Shown piece by piece: positions 27,390 through 41,849 of a stretch of 64,000 bases of DNA (position 1 is its first letter; the number at the start of each line of letters is the position of its first letter). The stretch is from positions 121,086,001-121,150,000 of the forward strand of contig NC_043001.1 of NCBI RefSeq assembly GCF_006345805.1, read 5' to 3'. Both the position numbers and the translations under genes were made by a program. The notes under the pieces were generated by a model. The model saw only the letters and a list, made by a program, of their open reading frames with translations, was not told the DNA's origin and did no database searches. The stretch is from Octopus sinensis. Its lineage: Eukaryota.

Positions 27390-28965
27390 ACTTGTATAAA
27401 ATGATGTATATACACACATTTGCATAAAATGATGTATATACACACATTTGCATAAAACGATGTGTATATACAACACATTTGCATAATATAAAACGATGTA
27501 TATTACAACATGCATTGCATAAATGATGTAAATACACACATTTGCATAAATGATGTATATACACACATTTGCATAAAACGATGTATATACACCACTTTGC
27601 ATAACGATGTATATACACATGCATTTGCATAAAATGATTTGTTGTAATATACACACATTTGCCTAAAAGGATGTAATACACACATTGCATTAAAACGATG
27701 TATATACACATGATTTGCATAAAATGATGTAATATACACAATTGCATAAAATGATGTATATACACACATTTGCATAAAACGATGTTGTATATACACATTT
27801 GCATTAAAACGATGTATATACACAGCATTTGCATAAAATGATGTAATATACACACATTTGCATAAAATGATGTATATAACACACTTGCATAAAATGATTG
27901 TATATACACACATTTGCAGAAAACGATGTATATACACACATTTGTATAAAACGATGTATATACACACATTTGCATAAAACGATGTATATACACATGCATT
28001 TGCATAAAATGATGTATATGTATACACAAACATTTGCATAAAACGATTTTGTGTATATACACAATTTGCATAAAACGATGTTATATCACACAGCATTGCA
28101 TAAAATGATGTAGTAATATACACCATTTGCATAAAATGATGTATATACACACATTTTGCCAAAACGAGTATATACACATGCATTTGCATAAAAATAATGG
28201 TGTAATATACACACATTTGCATAAAATGATGTATATACACACATTTGCATAAAACGATGTTGTATATACACATTTGCATTAAACGATTTATATACACATG
28301 CATTTGCATAAAAGATGTAATATACACACATTTGCATAAAATGATGTATATACACACATTTGCATAAAAAGATTGTATATACACATGCATTTGCATAAAA
28401 TGATGTATATACACACATTTGCATAAAATGATGTATATACACACATTTGCATAAAACGATGTATATACACACATTTGCATAAAACGATGTATATACACAT
28501 GCATTTGCATAAAATGATGTATATACACACATTTGCATAAAATGATGTATATACACACATTTGCATAAAACGATGTATATACACACATTTGCATAAAACG
28601 ATGTATATACACATGCATTTGCATAAAATGATGTAATATACACACATTTGCATAAAATGATGTATATACACACATTTGCATAAAACGATGTATATACACA
28701 TGCATTTGCATAAAATGATGTAATATACACACATTTGCATAAAATGATGTATATACACACATTTACATAAAACGATGTATATACACATGCATTTGCATAA
28801 AATGATGTATATACACACATTTGCATAAAATGATGTATATACACACATTTGCATAAAACGATGTATATACACACATTTGCATAAAACGATGTATATACAC
28901 ATGCATTTGCATAAAATGATGTATATACACATGCATTTGCATAAAATGATGTAATATACACATGC
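27390..28965. repeat. minisatellite with ~26-28 bp unit (atttgcataaaa[c/t]gatgtatatacacac, plus variants)
   Basis: Roughly 55-60 tandem copies in tubulin intron 2. Source of the repetitive ORFs between 27354 and 28981. Confidence 0.97.
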
Positions 28966-29629
28966 ATATAATGTCATACATGATACAATGTTACTAAATC
29001 TGCATGTGTAAGTGTGTGTAGGTATATATGTTCATGTATATGTGTGTGTATGCACACTCATATATATTAAGATTTCTCTTAGTCATAATGGTGATCTTTC
29101 CCATGTATGTAAAGTCTTTCTTGAATAAAACTGCACTTCATTTTAGAAGCTTTAAAGTAGCTGTAAGGTGATGCACAGCTTTAAGTGCATTTCATCCCAT
29201 TGTAGAAACAGCTGTAAGGAAAGGAAGTCGATTACATAATAACTGTTCTATTGTCATTTATTTAACTTCATATTATACATACCTATATATTTGCATATTT
29301 GCATATTTGACAGGAGCCATCCATGCAGAAGCCTGCACAAGACTTCTGTGACTGTTTTGGCAGGATTTTTACACCTTCTTAACACCAACCACTCAGCAGT
29401 ATATATATTTGGATTATATATATATATATATAATTATTATTAGAATTAGAATTTAGGGTATCTAAGAGATACCACCACACTTGAAATAGCAGCCAAAACT
29501 TGATTCTAAAACCACATTGTTAAAATAATAATTATTACCTTTGAAGGTTTTTATTCCCATGCTGGCCACTTGATAAGTTCGATATTTAAATAACGATCTT
29601 ATCCTTATTTATATAAATTTATATATATA

Positions 29630-30027
29630 CTAGCAGTATCGCCTGGCGTTGCTCGGGTTGTTGTAAGGGACCCAATAACTATTAAGCAGTTTAGAGATGT
29701 AAAGTATAATAGCCATCTCAATATGGCTAACCCAAAGGGGGGGGGTGTTACTGTAGCTTTTTACGTTCTGAGATTTAATAATAAATTTTTAGAGAGTTAC
29801 TTCCCTATATATCCCAAAAATGCATTAAAAATGGGAGAAATTGATGGTAATTTTTTTTTTAAATTGTAGACTCATCGTAGACCGCGCGCTAATACCCAGA
29901 AGGGCTCGATATGAATCACAACTATAAGATATCGGTTTTGGTTTTAAACTGCACCGCAAAATGTGGAGTAGTTAGGAATCTAAATCGTAGGAGACAGACA
30001 GCACACACCCACTTTTATATATAAAGA
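29630..30027 (-). mobile_element. non-autonomous Helitron-like element
   Basis: Minus strand begins A|TCTTTATATATAAAAG and ends with GC-rich cccgagcaacgccaggcgatactgCTAG|T. Confidence 0.7.
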
Positions 30028-30121
30028 TATATATTATATCTATATATATATTAATTATATATATATATAATATATATATATATACAATAAGGCAAAGAAG
30101 AAAATGGGAGAAGAAATCAAT

Positions 30122-30221
30122 NNNNNNNNNNNNNNNNNNNNNNNNNNNNNNNNNNNNNNNNNNNNNNNNNNNNNNNNNNNNNNNNNNNNNNNNNNNNNNN
30201 NNNNNNNNNNNNNNNNNNNNN
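30122..30221. other. assembly gap (100 N) inside tubulin intron 2
   Basis: Run of N. Confidence 1.
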
Positions 30222-30495
30222 TACCAACAGCCACTCCTACGCCTATTGATATAAAAATAATATCTTATTATTTTCGAAATGATGTGTACAATTTTTAATG
30301 AAATTTAGAATCTTACATTTTTTTCAATGGTCTCAGAACTCTTTGATATTGGATTGTCTTTCTTGTTGCATAACCCAACAAGGTGAACATGAGTTGTTGC
30401 CCTTGGTGTAAGATAAGTCAGAGATAAATGGTGTCTGTGAACACTGATGAAAAAATATGTTTCTCTATCTTCTTATATGGTGACTATTACTTTGA

Positions 30496-30727
30496 AGGCG
30501 GCGAGCTGGCAGAGTGGTTAGCACGCCGGGCGAAATGCGTAGCCGTATTTCGTCTGCCGTTACGTTCTGAGTTCAAATTCCACCGAGGTCGACTTTGCCT
30601 TTCATCCTTTCGGGGTCGATAAATTAAGTACCAGTTGCATACTGGGATCGATCTAATCGACTTAATCCGTTTGTCTGTCCTTGTTTGTTCCCTCTGTGTT
30701 TAGCCCCTTGTGGGTAGTAAAGAAATA
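30496..30727 (+). mobile_element. tRNA-derived SINE
   Basis: A box tggcagagtgg, B box gagttcaaattcc, central domain gcctttcatcctttcggggtcgataaattaagtacc. Decayed relatives near 23900-24040 (-), 32350 and 63500. Confidence 0.75.
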
Positions 30728-30842
30728 TATATTACTTTGGTGCTTGTGTGTATGGTTATACCAGTCAAGCAGCTGTAACTATATAGGGATGTGTATTAAT
30801 CTCCCTTTAACAGCTAGAAACTCGTTGGAATTGTTTAGCCTT

Positions 30843-31969
30843 CATCATCATCATCAATTTAACTTTTGTTGTCCATGCTGGCATGGGTTGAACGGTTTGA
30901 CCAAGGCTGGCACACTGGAAGGCTGCACCAAACTGCAGTCTGATTTAGCATGGTTTCTACAGCTGGATGCCCTTCCTAACTCCAACCACTGTGAGTGTGT
31001 AATGGGTACTTTTACATGCCACTGGCATGGGTGCCATTTGCATGACACCAGTATCTGTCACGACTGGGATTTTTCTCAGCTTGATGGGTCTTCTTCTCAT
31101 GCATGACATAATGTCAAAGGTGTTGGTCATTGCCTCCGTGAAGTCCAGCATTCGAAAGGAGCTCAGTCACTTTGCCTCCATGAGGCCCAATGCTCAAAAG
31201 GTGCTTTTTATGTGCTACCTGTATGGATACCAGTTATATGACACTAGCATCAGCCACAACTACAATTTCACTTGACTTGACGGGTCTTCTCAGGCACAGT
31301 ATATCACCAAAGGTCTCAGTCACAAGTTATTGTCTCTGTGAGGCCCAAAGTTTGAAGTTTGAAGATCATGCTTCACCACCGCATCCCATGTTTTCCTGGT
31401 TCTACACCTGCCACAAGTCCTTTCCACAGTCAGAGTTCAACACTTCTTTCCACACCTGTTCTCGCCCATATGCATCACATGACCATACTAGCACAGTCTC
31501 TCTTGCACATCACATCTAATGTCTCTTATGCTTAACTTTTCTCTTAAGATGCTGACACTCTGGCTTCATTTCTCTCAAGCCTACGCATGTCCTCGGCTGT
31601 CACAGCCCATGTTTCCCTGCCTGTTTGCATAGCTGTTTGCTCATAGGCATCATAAAATCAGCCTTTCTCTCTGAGAGAGAGGCCCTTTATTGGCAGCAGA
31701 GGTAGGAGCTCTCTGAACTTTGCCTAGTCTAATCTTATTCTCACAGCTAAGCTCTCGGAGCATCCACCTCCACTACTAATTTGGGTACCTAGATAACAGA
31801 AGCTATCTATTATCTCTAGCTTACCTTGCTGGCAGTTGATGGAGTCTATTTTCTGTGCATTTTCGATGTTTATTATACCTGTGCATCTTCCACATACAAA
31901 AGCTATTTCCCCTGTTAACCTTCCTCTGATATTGCTGCACCTTTTATGTGTCCAAATCCTTATGTCCAA
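30843..31969 (-). mobile_element. RTE-type LINE 3' remnant with (GAT)n tail
   Basis: ORF 31724..31969 HKRCS...CGRC...DSFCYLG...GGCSES...RIR is typical of RTE ORF2 after the RT core. Its 3' end (ttaggaagggcatccagctgtagaaa...aacccatgccagcatgga...gatgatgat) is shared with many short repeats in the window. Confidence 0.7.
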
Positions 31970-32905
31970 AGCCCTATGTCAAAATCCTGTCCAAGCAGAC
32001 TTATGATGGAAAGAGTTCCATCCTTGACCATCCTTTATTTTTCAGACTGTATGTGTGTGTGTACGTGTGTGAGTGTGTGTGTGTTTGTGAGTGTGTGTAC
32101 ACGGTTGCATGCATGCACATGCATGTATGAAATTAGCTGAGTCATTAGTGTTTCTGATTGAACGCCTCATATTATTTGTTATTTTGGCATTAGGAAGGGC
32201 ATCCAGCCATAGAAACCAAACCAAGTCAGACTGGAACCTTGTGCAGTTCTCTGGCTTGCCAGCTCTGGTCAAACTGTCCAACCCATGCTAGCATAGAAAA
32301 TGGACGTTAAAGGTTGATGATGATGATCATGATGATGATTCTCTGTGCTCCAAGTTCAAGTCTTATTGAGGTCAACTTTCGCTTTCATCCTTTTTGAGTT
32401 AATAAAAACATACAGATCTAGATTGGTGTATTGGTAAAAATGTAAAAATATCAAACCGAATACCTTGTGATATTTGTTCCAGCTCTTTGCATTCAGAGTT
32501 CAGCTCTTGCTATGGCTTACTTGGATGGTTGATTTTAATCTGCCACTCGGTTTAACATCACTACCTGGTATCTCAGATATTTTTAATAGAGTACACACTC
32601 TTGTGAGCTTTTGAACCAGGTCTTCATTCTGAGAATACCTTCTTCCCTACTTCCTTCCCATACTTCCTTCTACAAATCTCAGAAGACATGATCATGGGTA
32701 CTACCTTCCTTTCTAATTAAAGGATTAAAAAAATTATTTAAGTGTTTTTTTCATTTTTTTTTTTCATAAGGCTGTGGAAAAGTAGGCATGTTTCTAACAA
32801 GTGCTTTCTACTGTAACCTGCCTAACCAACGCCTTGTGAAGGAATTTGATCTATGAAAACTTAAAAAAAGATTGAGTGTGTACACGCGTGCACGCATGCT
32901 TATGT

Positions 32906-33521
32906 TGAGGTATGTTCAAAAAGTATCCAACTCTATTTTTTATCTTACCAAAACTAATGTTGCGTGGGCAAAATCCTTTGGGTAGGAGGTGACACCACAT
33001 CACTGGAGATCAAGGCACACTCAGGCAGACCATCAACAAGTCAAATTGAGGAGCTGATTGAGACGTTTTTGTGAAAAGTCATGGAAGACAGTCATGTAAG
33101 AATCCAGGAAATTGCTCATGAAATGGATCATTGTATTCCATTTTAATGGAGGATTTGTACATGCAGAGAGCATTGGCAAAATTTGTCCCCAAGGTGTTTG
33201 CAGAGAAGTGGAAGCACATCTGCATAGAAATTGCTCAGGACATGCTGGACTGTGAAAACCATGACCCAGGCTTCATGAAGACCATCATCACTGGTGATGA
33301 GACATAGGTTTATGGTAACTGCTTGGTGCACTTATTTTGTGTGAAAACGAAAATCCAATGTGTGCACACTACACATCTGTACTCTAGACACCAGCCAGGA
33401 ACAAACATTTTCCCACATGTGCAGGGAGGGTGGCTTCACCTCCCACCCATATGATTTTGCCCTCACGGCATTAGGTTTGATGGGGAAAAAATAAAATTGG
33501 ATACTTTTTGAACATACCTCA
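32906..33521 (+). mobile_element. internally deleted Tc1/mariner DNA transposon in tubulin intron 2
   Basis: Terminal inverted repeats tgaggtatgttcaaaaagtatccaa / ttggatactttttgaacatacctca, extending imperfectly for ~90 bp. TA on the right flank. Internal remnant AKFVPK...FMKTIITGDET.VYG. Confidence 0.85.
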
Positions 33522-34454
33522 TATGTATGATTGTATGCATACAAGCATGTATGTCATCATCATCATCACCATTTCACATCCATCTTCCATACTGTTTGAC
33601 AGGGTCCAATGAACTGAAGCTCAACGTTGAGCTTCAGTATCTGCTTTGGTGTGGTTTATATTGGTTGGATGTCCTTCCCTATGCCAACTACTTTACAGAG
33701 GATACTGGGTACTTGTTGAAAAACACCAGCACTAGTGAGGAGGCCAAGTCACTCCCAAGATAAAAGAGATTCTTCCTTGAGTGAGTAGGGTTGTAGTAGG
33801 GAGGGAAGTGGCTTATTGCCAGGTGGTGAGAGGTTAAAGGAGAGAGATACTGGAGTCTTGCTAGAGAAGAGATACATGGTTCCCCCAACCACATTATATA
33901 AGAAGGGAGTAGCTGGATGGATGACAAGCTGGTGACAGGGATTTCCCAGCATACACTCAGGGAATAGGAAAGTGAGTATAAGAGGGAATACAGACAAAGG
34001 ATCAGGAAGGGTGGCTGTGTAAGAGACTGAGAGGAGAGTGACTGATAGGGCAGGGAGTGTAGATATAAGAGTGGTTTATCAAGGAGACCTCTAGCAGTGG
34101 TGGAAGGGCGGTAAACAGCAGTATAATAAGAGATAGGTCAGAAAGTAGGGATATGTATATATAGACGTGTGTGTATTTGTGTGTTTGTGTGCATGTGTGT
34201 GTCTGTATTTGTTTTTGTTATATTATAGAGACAAGTCAAGGGACTACATCACACTCCCTAAGTTTAATTTTGGGTTTGGTTTCTGTGACAGGATGCTCTT
34301 CCTGACAGCCACTTTGCACAGGGTGGGTGCATTTTATCATAACACCAGCACAGAAAAAAGTGGTAAGGATATGATAGATAACAAGGGAGAGATGGCTAGT
34401 GAGTATGCATGTGTGTGTCTTTGTATGACTATATATACGTATAGATAAGATTAA

Positions 34455-34949
<495 letters not shown>

Positions 34950-35802
34950 TAATTTTCACTTTTTTCCTAAAATTTTTCTTAAGTTTCCTAAGATATTTTA
35001 AGCACAAATGACCATCCCCTTTTAAGGTTTGGATATATACGAGAGATACTTTTCTCAGGGTGTCTAGTACATATTATTTACAATTTGGTGAACTGTGCAG
35101 TATCTTGTGCAGGTATCTTCAACCCAAGCATTTGTCAGTTATAATGAACACCTCCAGTTTTTAACCTTTACATATATGAGAGCTAATATTCTCTTTGTCT
35201 ATATCATCAACAAGAATAACATTCCCATGACATCTAGTATGTATTTGTTCCAGATTGATGATGCATGTAGCACTTTCAGCAAGTGCCTTCTACCATAACG
35301 TCATGTAGACCTAAGTTTCATGAGTTAAGTTGGGTAAACAAAACTAAAATTCTGTAGAACTCTACAGGCTGACCTGTATCTGTTGTTGGGTAGTAGACTC
35401 AATCCACGGCATGTTTTAACCCCACCTCTTGGCCTTCGTGTTTCTATTAGCAAAGGCCAATCTGTCACAGACATTTGGACCAGGTTTCTAGTCTGGGGAT
35501 AACTTGATATCTTTATTTGCAGCTTTCTACCATATCAACACATAAATTAAGATTTTCTCTCTGTTTCATTAGAAGAAAGGACATTTCCTTCTCCCCGACT
35601 CCCGGTCCTCCAATTTTTTTTTTTTCAATTGCTACAATATATGATAAAGTTTCTTGCTCAGAAATACAAATTAAGAACCTTCTATGGGTTGAGCAAAAGA
35701 TCTGTGAAGTTGTATCACAAAATATTGTCCTCTTGACCATTTTGCCTGTTGATTAGTTTTCAAATATAACAACTGTTGTTTTTGTGTGTGTATATATATA
35801 TA

Positions 35803-35840
<38 letters not shown>

Positions 35841-36125
35841 GCTTCCTTCAGTTTTCCTCTACCAAATTCCCTTGCAAGACATTTGTCAGACAGGGCTAGT
35901 GCTGTGGGACTGAACCCAAGGTCAGGTTGTTGAGAAACAAATTTCTTAAACCACACGGTTATGTCCATGCTGGAATATGAAATTGTATAATAAACAGTAA
36001 GAAAAGAAGTCTGAGGTGGGAGGCACATCCAACATGTAAAAATTTAAGTAACGTTTCAACCCATACGAATATCTAAAAGAAAATTTAAAAGTTGTTTATT
36101 TTTTTTCTTATATTTTCTTTTTTAA

Positions 36126-36992
<867 letters not shown>

Positions 36993-37113
36993 ATGTCATT
37001 CTATAATCCTAAACTATGTTTGATGTGAAATGTTTCTTGTTTCTATATGAAAATGCTTCCAATACTAAGCCTGAAATTTTTTGGTGTTGCAAAGATGTAT
37101 GTGATGTAATATC

Positions 37114-37119
37114 AATAAA
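37114..37119 (+). terminator. candidate polyadenylation signal of beta-tubulin
   Basis: AATAAA about 120 nt after the stop codon. Further AATAAA copies occur within the next ~210 nt. Confidence 0.5.
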
Positions 37120-37787
37120 TCTCAAATGTTGAGAATATGTCAGACTTTGGTCATATTTTACTTGTCATTTGGTCTGTATTCTTTTCAAATAAATATTATT
37201 TAAATGTATCATTGTTATATTTAATGATGAAATATGAATGAAATGTAAGCAAAGGAAGATTTGCTGGAAGCCATGACAATTCTAAATATATAGAAAAATA
37301 AATTTATTCAATATTTTTGTTTTAATAAAATCTAATCTGGAAATGATTAGAGTTTATTAAAGCTTGTATTGATTTTGGTTGATTTGTGTTTTTCATTTTT
37401 TTCTAAACTGTAACTCAGTAATATGATTGAGTTCAGTATGAGGTTAAATCAGTCAATTATTTCTATAAAAGCTTGCAAATTTATTTCATCTTTGTATCCC
37501 ATGGGGAGACGTGAACTTTGATATTTCAAGTAAAACCCTTCATCAGAGGTTAGAACCTTTTTAAAAAATCTATACTGTCAGTGATATTTAAAAATGTATT
37601 CTTCTTCTGACAAAGAGCTTTGCTCAAAACATCACCATTCTCATCTATTAACAGTACACAATATTATTAAAATTTACAAACTTTGCTAAAAACAAATTTA
37701 ACTGATACAGACCACCATTAATGTTCTTGGAGACTGTATTATTAATTTTTTTTTTAATTTCTAAGATGTGAATGAATATATATATAT

Positions 37788-38082
37788 ATCACTGTGATCA
37801 CCGTGAGTGACCAGGCTATCAGATGTTGCTACACATTGCTGGTTACAATGTGCTTTGCATTGTTTTAGCCTTCAAATGACGCCACCCCGCTGGCTAAGCG
37901 AGCAGGCCAACAGAAGAAAGAGTGAAAGAGCTCAGCAGGGATCGCCACTACCCCCCGTTGGAGCCTTGTGGAGCTTTATGTGTTTTTGCTCAATAAACAC
38001 TCACAACGCCTGGTCTTGGAATTGAAATCGCGATCCTGCGACCGTGAATCCATGCCCCTAACACTGGCCATTGCGCCTCCAC
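37788..38082 (-). mobile_element. tRNA-derived SINE (third family)
   Basis: Minus strand: gtggaggcgcaatggccagtgttagggg...gatttcaattcc, with tRNA-like A and B boxes. Confidence 0.6.
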
Positions 38083-38397
38083 ATGAATGTGTGTGTGTGG
38101 TGTATATATATTATATATATATATATATATACTATATAATGTATATCATCATCATCATCATCATCGTTTAACGTCCGCTTTCCATGCTAGCATGGGTTGG
38201 ACGGTTATAATATATATATATGTATATGTATATGTATATATATGTAGATTGTATGTGTATATGTATATGTATGTATATATATATAATGTATGTGTATATA
38301 TATATATATTTATATATTATATATATAATATATCTTATGATAAACGGCAGATTTTCTCTGCCTGTGACTATATTTTTTTAATACAATGACAATATAG

Positions 38398-38855
38398 AAT
38401 TTCTTCAATTGGAATTACCTATGATTTTTTGAAGTAGATTCGATTGGGTCATGGCATATAAATTTTTTTCAATTTGACCCCCAATTAAGCACAAATTTGA
38501 GAAAACTAAATATTTTACGATTTGCCTCTCTCATTTCAAGTACTTCACTCCTTCTATTACCACACTTTCTCCTACTTTCTCTTAGCAAGTGTACCTTAAA
38601 CCATAACTCAAACAAATTACAGAGGAAACAGAAACAAATAAATACATAACGATTTACTCCTCACACAATTTCTTCAACTGGAATTTACCTATGATTTTTC
38701 GAAGTACATTCCATTGGGTCATGGCATATAAATTTCTTTCAATTTGACCCCCAATTAAACAAAAATTCGAGAAAACTCAATATTTTACGATTTCCCTATC
38801 TCACTCCTCAAATGCTTTACTCCTTCTATTACCAACTTTCTCCTACTTTCTCTTT
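38398..38855 (+). repeat. diverged direct repeat (~185 bp, period ~270 bp)
   Basis: aatttcttcaa(t/c)tggaatt...ttgggtcatggcatataaattt...tcctactttctct occurs at ~38398 and ~38667. Confidence 0.8.
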
Positions 38856-39466
38856 ACACACATAGACACAAAAACGCAACATATACATATTGACAGTGGC
38901 AAGCACAAACACGTTTTCAAACAACTACATAAAAACACTCAAAACACACACACAACACACGTGTGTGTTTGTTATTAGTAAAAAAGGTGCCAAACACAAT
39001 TCACTTTCTCATTCGAACACATTTGCAAACACACACCAACAATTCACTGATATATGGTGAGTAGATGCTAGCCGCTCACATTATGAGTTACACTATTACA
39101 CCAATTGTACTGGTACTGTTGTCTACTTCCTGTTAGTTTTTAGTGTCAAGGAAACAAAACTTTCTCGAGAAATAACAACAAAAAAAAACACTCCTAGATT
39201 TCACAAAGGACTTTAAGAAACGATAGGAACTAAGTTCAGTTGAAGAAAAGAGACGAATTTAAGGAAATCAGACGGTCGAATTGCCATGATAACTCAACAG
39301 AAAAGGTAAATTGGTTTTTAATTTACTTTCTGTTGCTAAGTTTTCATAGTATTAATTTGCGAGCGTACTTCAGTTGTCAATTGTTGAAAGAAAGAAATTG
39401 TAAGCTAAGGAGGTGTGTGTGTGTGTGTGTGTGCGTTCGTGTGTGTGTCTGTGTGTGTGTGTGTGT

Positions 39467-39510
<44 letters not shown>

Positions 39511-39624
39511 GAAGTGAAAGATAAAAATATGGCAAGAAGTGGACAGATGTACATATATACATACATACATTCATACATACATACATGTGTGTGTGTATGT
39601 ATGTGTATTAATGTGTGTGTGTTA

Positions 39625-40014
39625 TCTCTCTATATATAAAGCTGAAGTTGTCTGTGTGCGCCAGGTTTGGTACCCTTCAACTAACACTATCTCCTCCGAG
39701 ATCCTGCGGCGCAAGTTGACCAAAATTGAGAGTATGATAGAAGAAGGCTTGCTCTTCCTTCCGTAGAAGATAAAATTCAAATCGGACCATGTTAACACCA
39801 AACATTATTTACATCAAAAAGGTGCTTTTTTCTATGAAAATCCCTATTTTTTACGATTTTTTCACTGGTGTGTCGCCACTTTTCGGTGTATTTCAACCAG
39901 AAAAATGTTCACTTGAAGAGAATAACAAGCTACATAATGCAAAATGTTTACTTTTCAAAAATTCCAATTCCAGCGGTTCGAAACAAACAGGAGCAATGCC
40001 GGGCGATACTGCTA

Positions 40015-40015
<1 letters not shown>
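39625..40015 (+). mobile_element. non-autonomous Helitron-like element
   Basis: A|TCTCTCTATATATAAAG start and gagcaatgccgggcgatactgCTAG|T end. The 3' end matches the element at 29630 but the interior differs. Confidence 0.7.
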
Positions 40016-40056
<41 letters not shown>

Positions 40057-40733
40057 TCATCATCATCGTTTAACGTCCGTTTTCCGTGCTAGCACAGGTT
40101 GGACGTTTTGACCGGGGTCTGGGAAGCCAGGGGCCGCTCCAGGCTCCAGTCTGATCTGGCAGAGTTTTCTACGGCTGGATGCCCTTCCTAACGCCAACCA
40201 CTCCGCGAGTGGAGTGGGTTGCTTTTTACGTGCCACCTGCACAGGGGCCGGGGGGTGTCCGGCATCGGTCACGATCGGTTCGAGCTTTTCTAGAGTTGAG
40301 TTGGGGGGGGTGGGTCCAGCTGAGAAAGGTTCCACCAGTGAAAGAGAGGGAAAGATAGTGGGGGGGGGGGGGTGCAGGTAATATAGGGAAGCACCAGTGG
40401 GGAAGGTTGGGGTAAGGAGGAACGATGACAGGGAAGGGTTGGTGCAGGTTCGTAAGAAATAAAAACGTAGGATAGATCACGAGGCGGGGAGGGGACTGGA
40501 AGGAGATAGTCGGATTGAGGCAGTGACAGATTCAAACAGGAGAAACGTAAGATCAGTGGGGTGGTTGATGAGCTGCGTGCTAGCAGTTGTCTTGGTGGGG
40601 GGAAGGGGTAGTACACAGTGAAAGCATGTGAGGAGGAGGGGTAGGAGGGAGAGACACATGTAATGGTGGTGGGTGGGGGAGGAGGAAGGGAGAGGGCATA
40701 TCCGGTGTAGATGGTGAGAACAGTGTTCACCGG

Positions 40734-40778
<45 letters not shown>

Positions 40779-41028
40779 TATACACACACATATATTAATT
40801 GTTATAGGATTCAATAGAATCTAGGCGCATCAACACATAGGATGCCAGTAATGGCTAGATACAATAACATAGGGTTCACAGTGAGGTAAACAACAATGAA
40901 GGTATCAAGTGTTGGTTGGATACTGTAGATATATAAGTACTAAATCCAATTTAACCCATAAATCCAACTCTGAGGCTGGTTCTAGGTGTGGCATAGGTGT
41001 AAAAAGAAAACAAATGGAGTTTTTATTA

Positions 41029-41110
41029 TTTATGACAGCTGTTTCAGTATGATTTTATTGATGTATTCATAGATTACATCAAAACATGTAGTACACCATC
41101 TTCAAGTAAA
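41029..41110 (-). ncRNA. degenerate hammerhead motif
   Basis: Minus strand: TTGAAGA-tggtgt...atact-GAAA-C-agct-G-TC^ataa, with inner stem ttgatgta/tacatcaa. Confidence 0.5.
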
Positions 41111-41849
41111 ATTTTAAGCAAGTAAAATATCAAACAGGTAAGATAATACCCCGATTGTGAAAAATCCAACTAATATTGTTGGATAAGTCTTGTTGGTGGT
41201 TGATGGGTAGATAAATAAGTAGACAGACAGAAGTACTAGTCAATAGATAGATAGATAGATAGATAAGTTTCTTTATTGGCCACACAGGGCTGCACACAGA
41301 TGAGACAAGTTACAAGGTAGAGCTTTTCTTTTGGGGGATGCAGAAAACAAAAACCAAAACAAAAAAAAAGGGGGTGGCGTAGGTTTTCGATCAAGAGGGA
41401 TCGTAAAAGGGAAGAAAAGAACAAAAATAAATAAATAAATAAATAAATAAAAAATAAAAAGAATAAAAAGAAAAAAAAAGGAAAAGGAAAAGGAACAAGA
41501 GAGAAGAGAAATGAAAAAAGAAGAAAAAAGGGGGAAAAAAGGGAAGAAGATAGATAGATAGATAGACAGGCAGGCAGGCAGAAAGGCAGACAGACAGACA
41601 GACAGAAAGACAGAGAGTCTATCCTACATGCGATGTGACCCATAGAGAGCCTTGTTGCTGGGTGTTACAGCTTATCTTGTTTGTGCCTTCAAAACAATGA
41701 TTCTTCACCAGACATCCTTAATCCTTATTTTTTTTTCATTCTTTCATGATGATAGCTATCACTGGTGCTAGTTAAAGATCCTGGAAGCAGTAGATATATT
41801 TCTATGCATCCAGTACATTTCGGTAGTTGGGGCTAGGTGCCTTCTTCCT

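Noticed and set aside
27390-28965. CRISPR-like array
   Set aside because: No unique spacers, eukaryotic intron context and no cas genes.
27354-28981. Long ORFs of up to 419 aa on the minus strand
   Set aside because: Translations of the minisatellite, open in several frames, with no protein features.
29075-29219. Functional hammerhead
   Set aside because: GAAACAGCTGTA and a plausible stem II are present but the CTGANGA box is not recognisable. Counted only as a relic.
30104-30121. atgggagaagaaatc as tubulin exon 1
   Set aside because: Lies downstream of exon 2, does not encode MREI and runs into the N gap.
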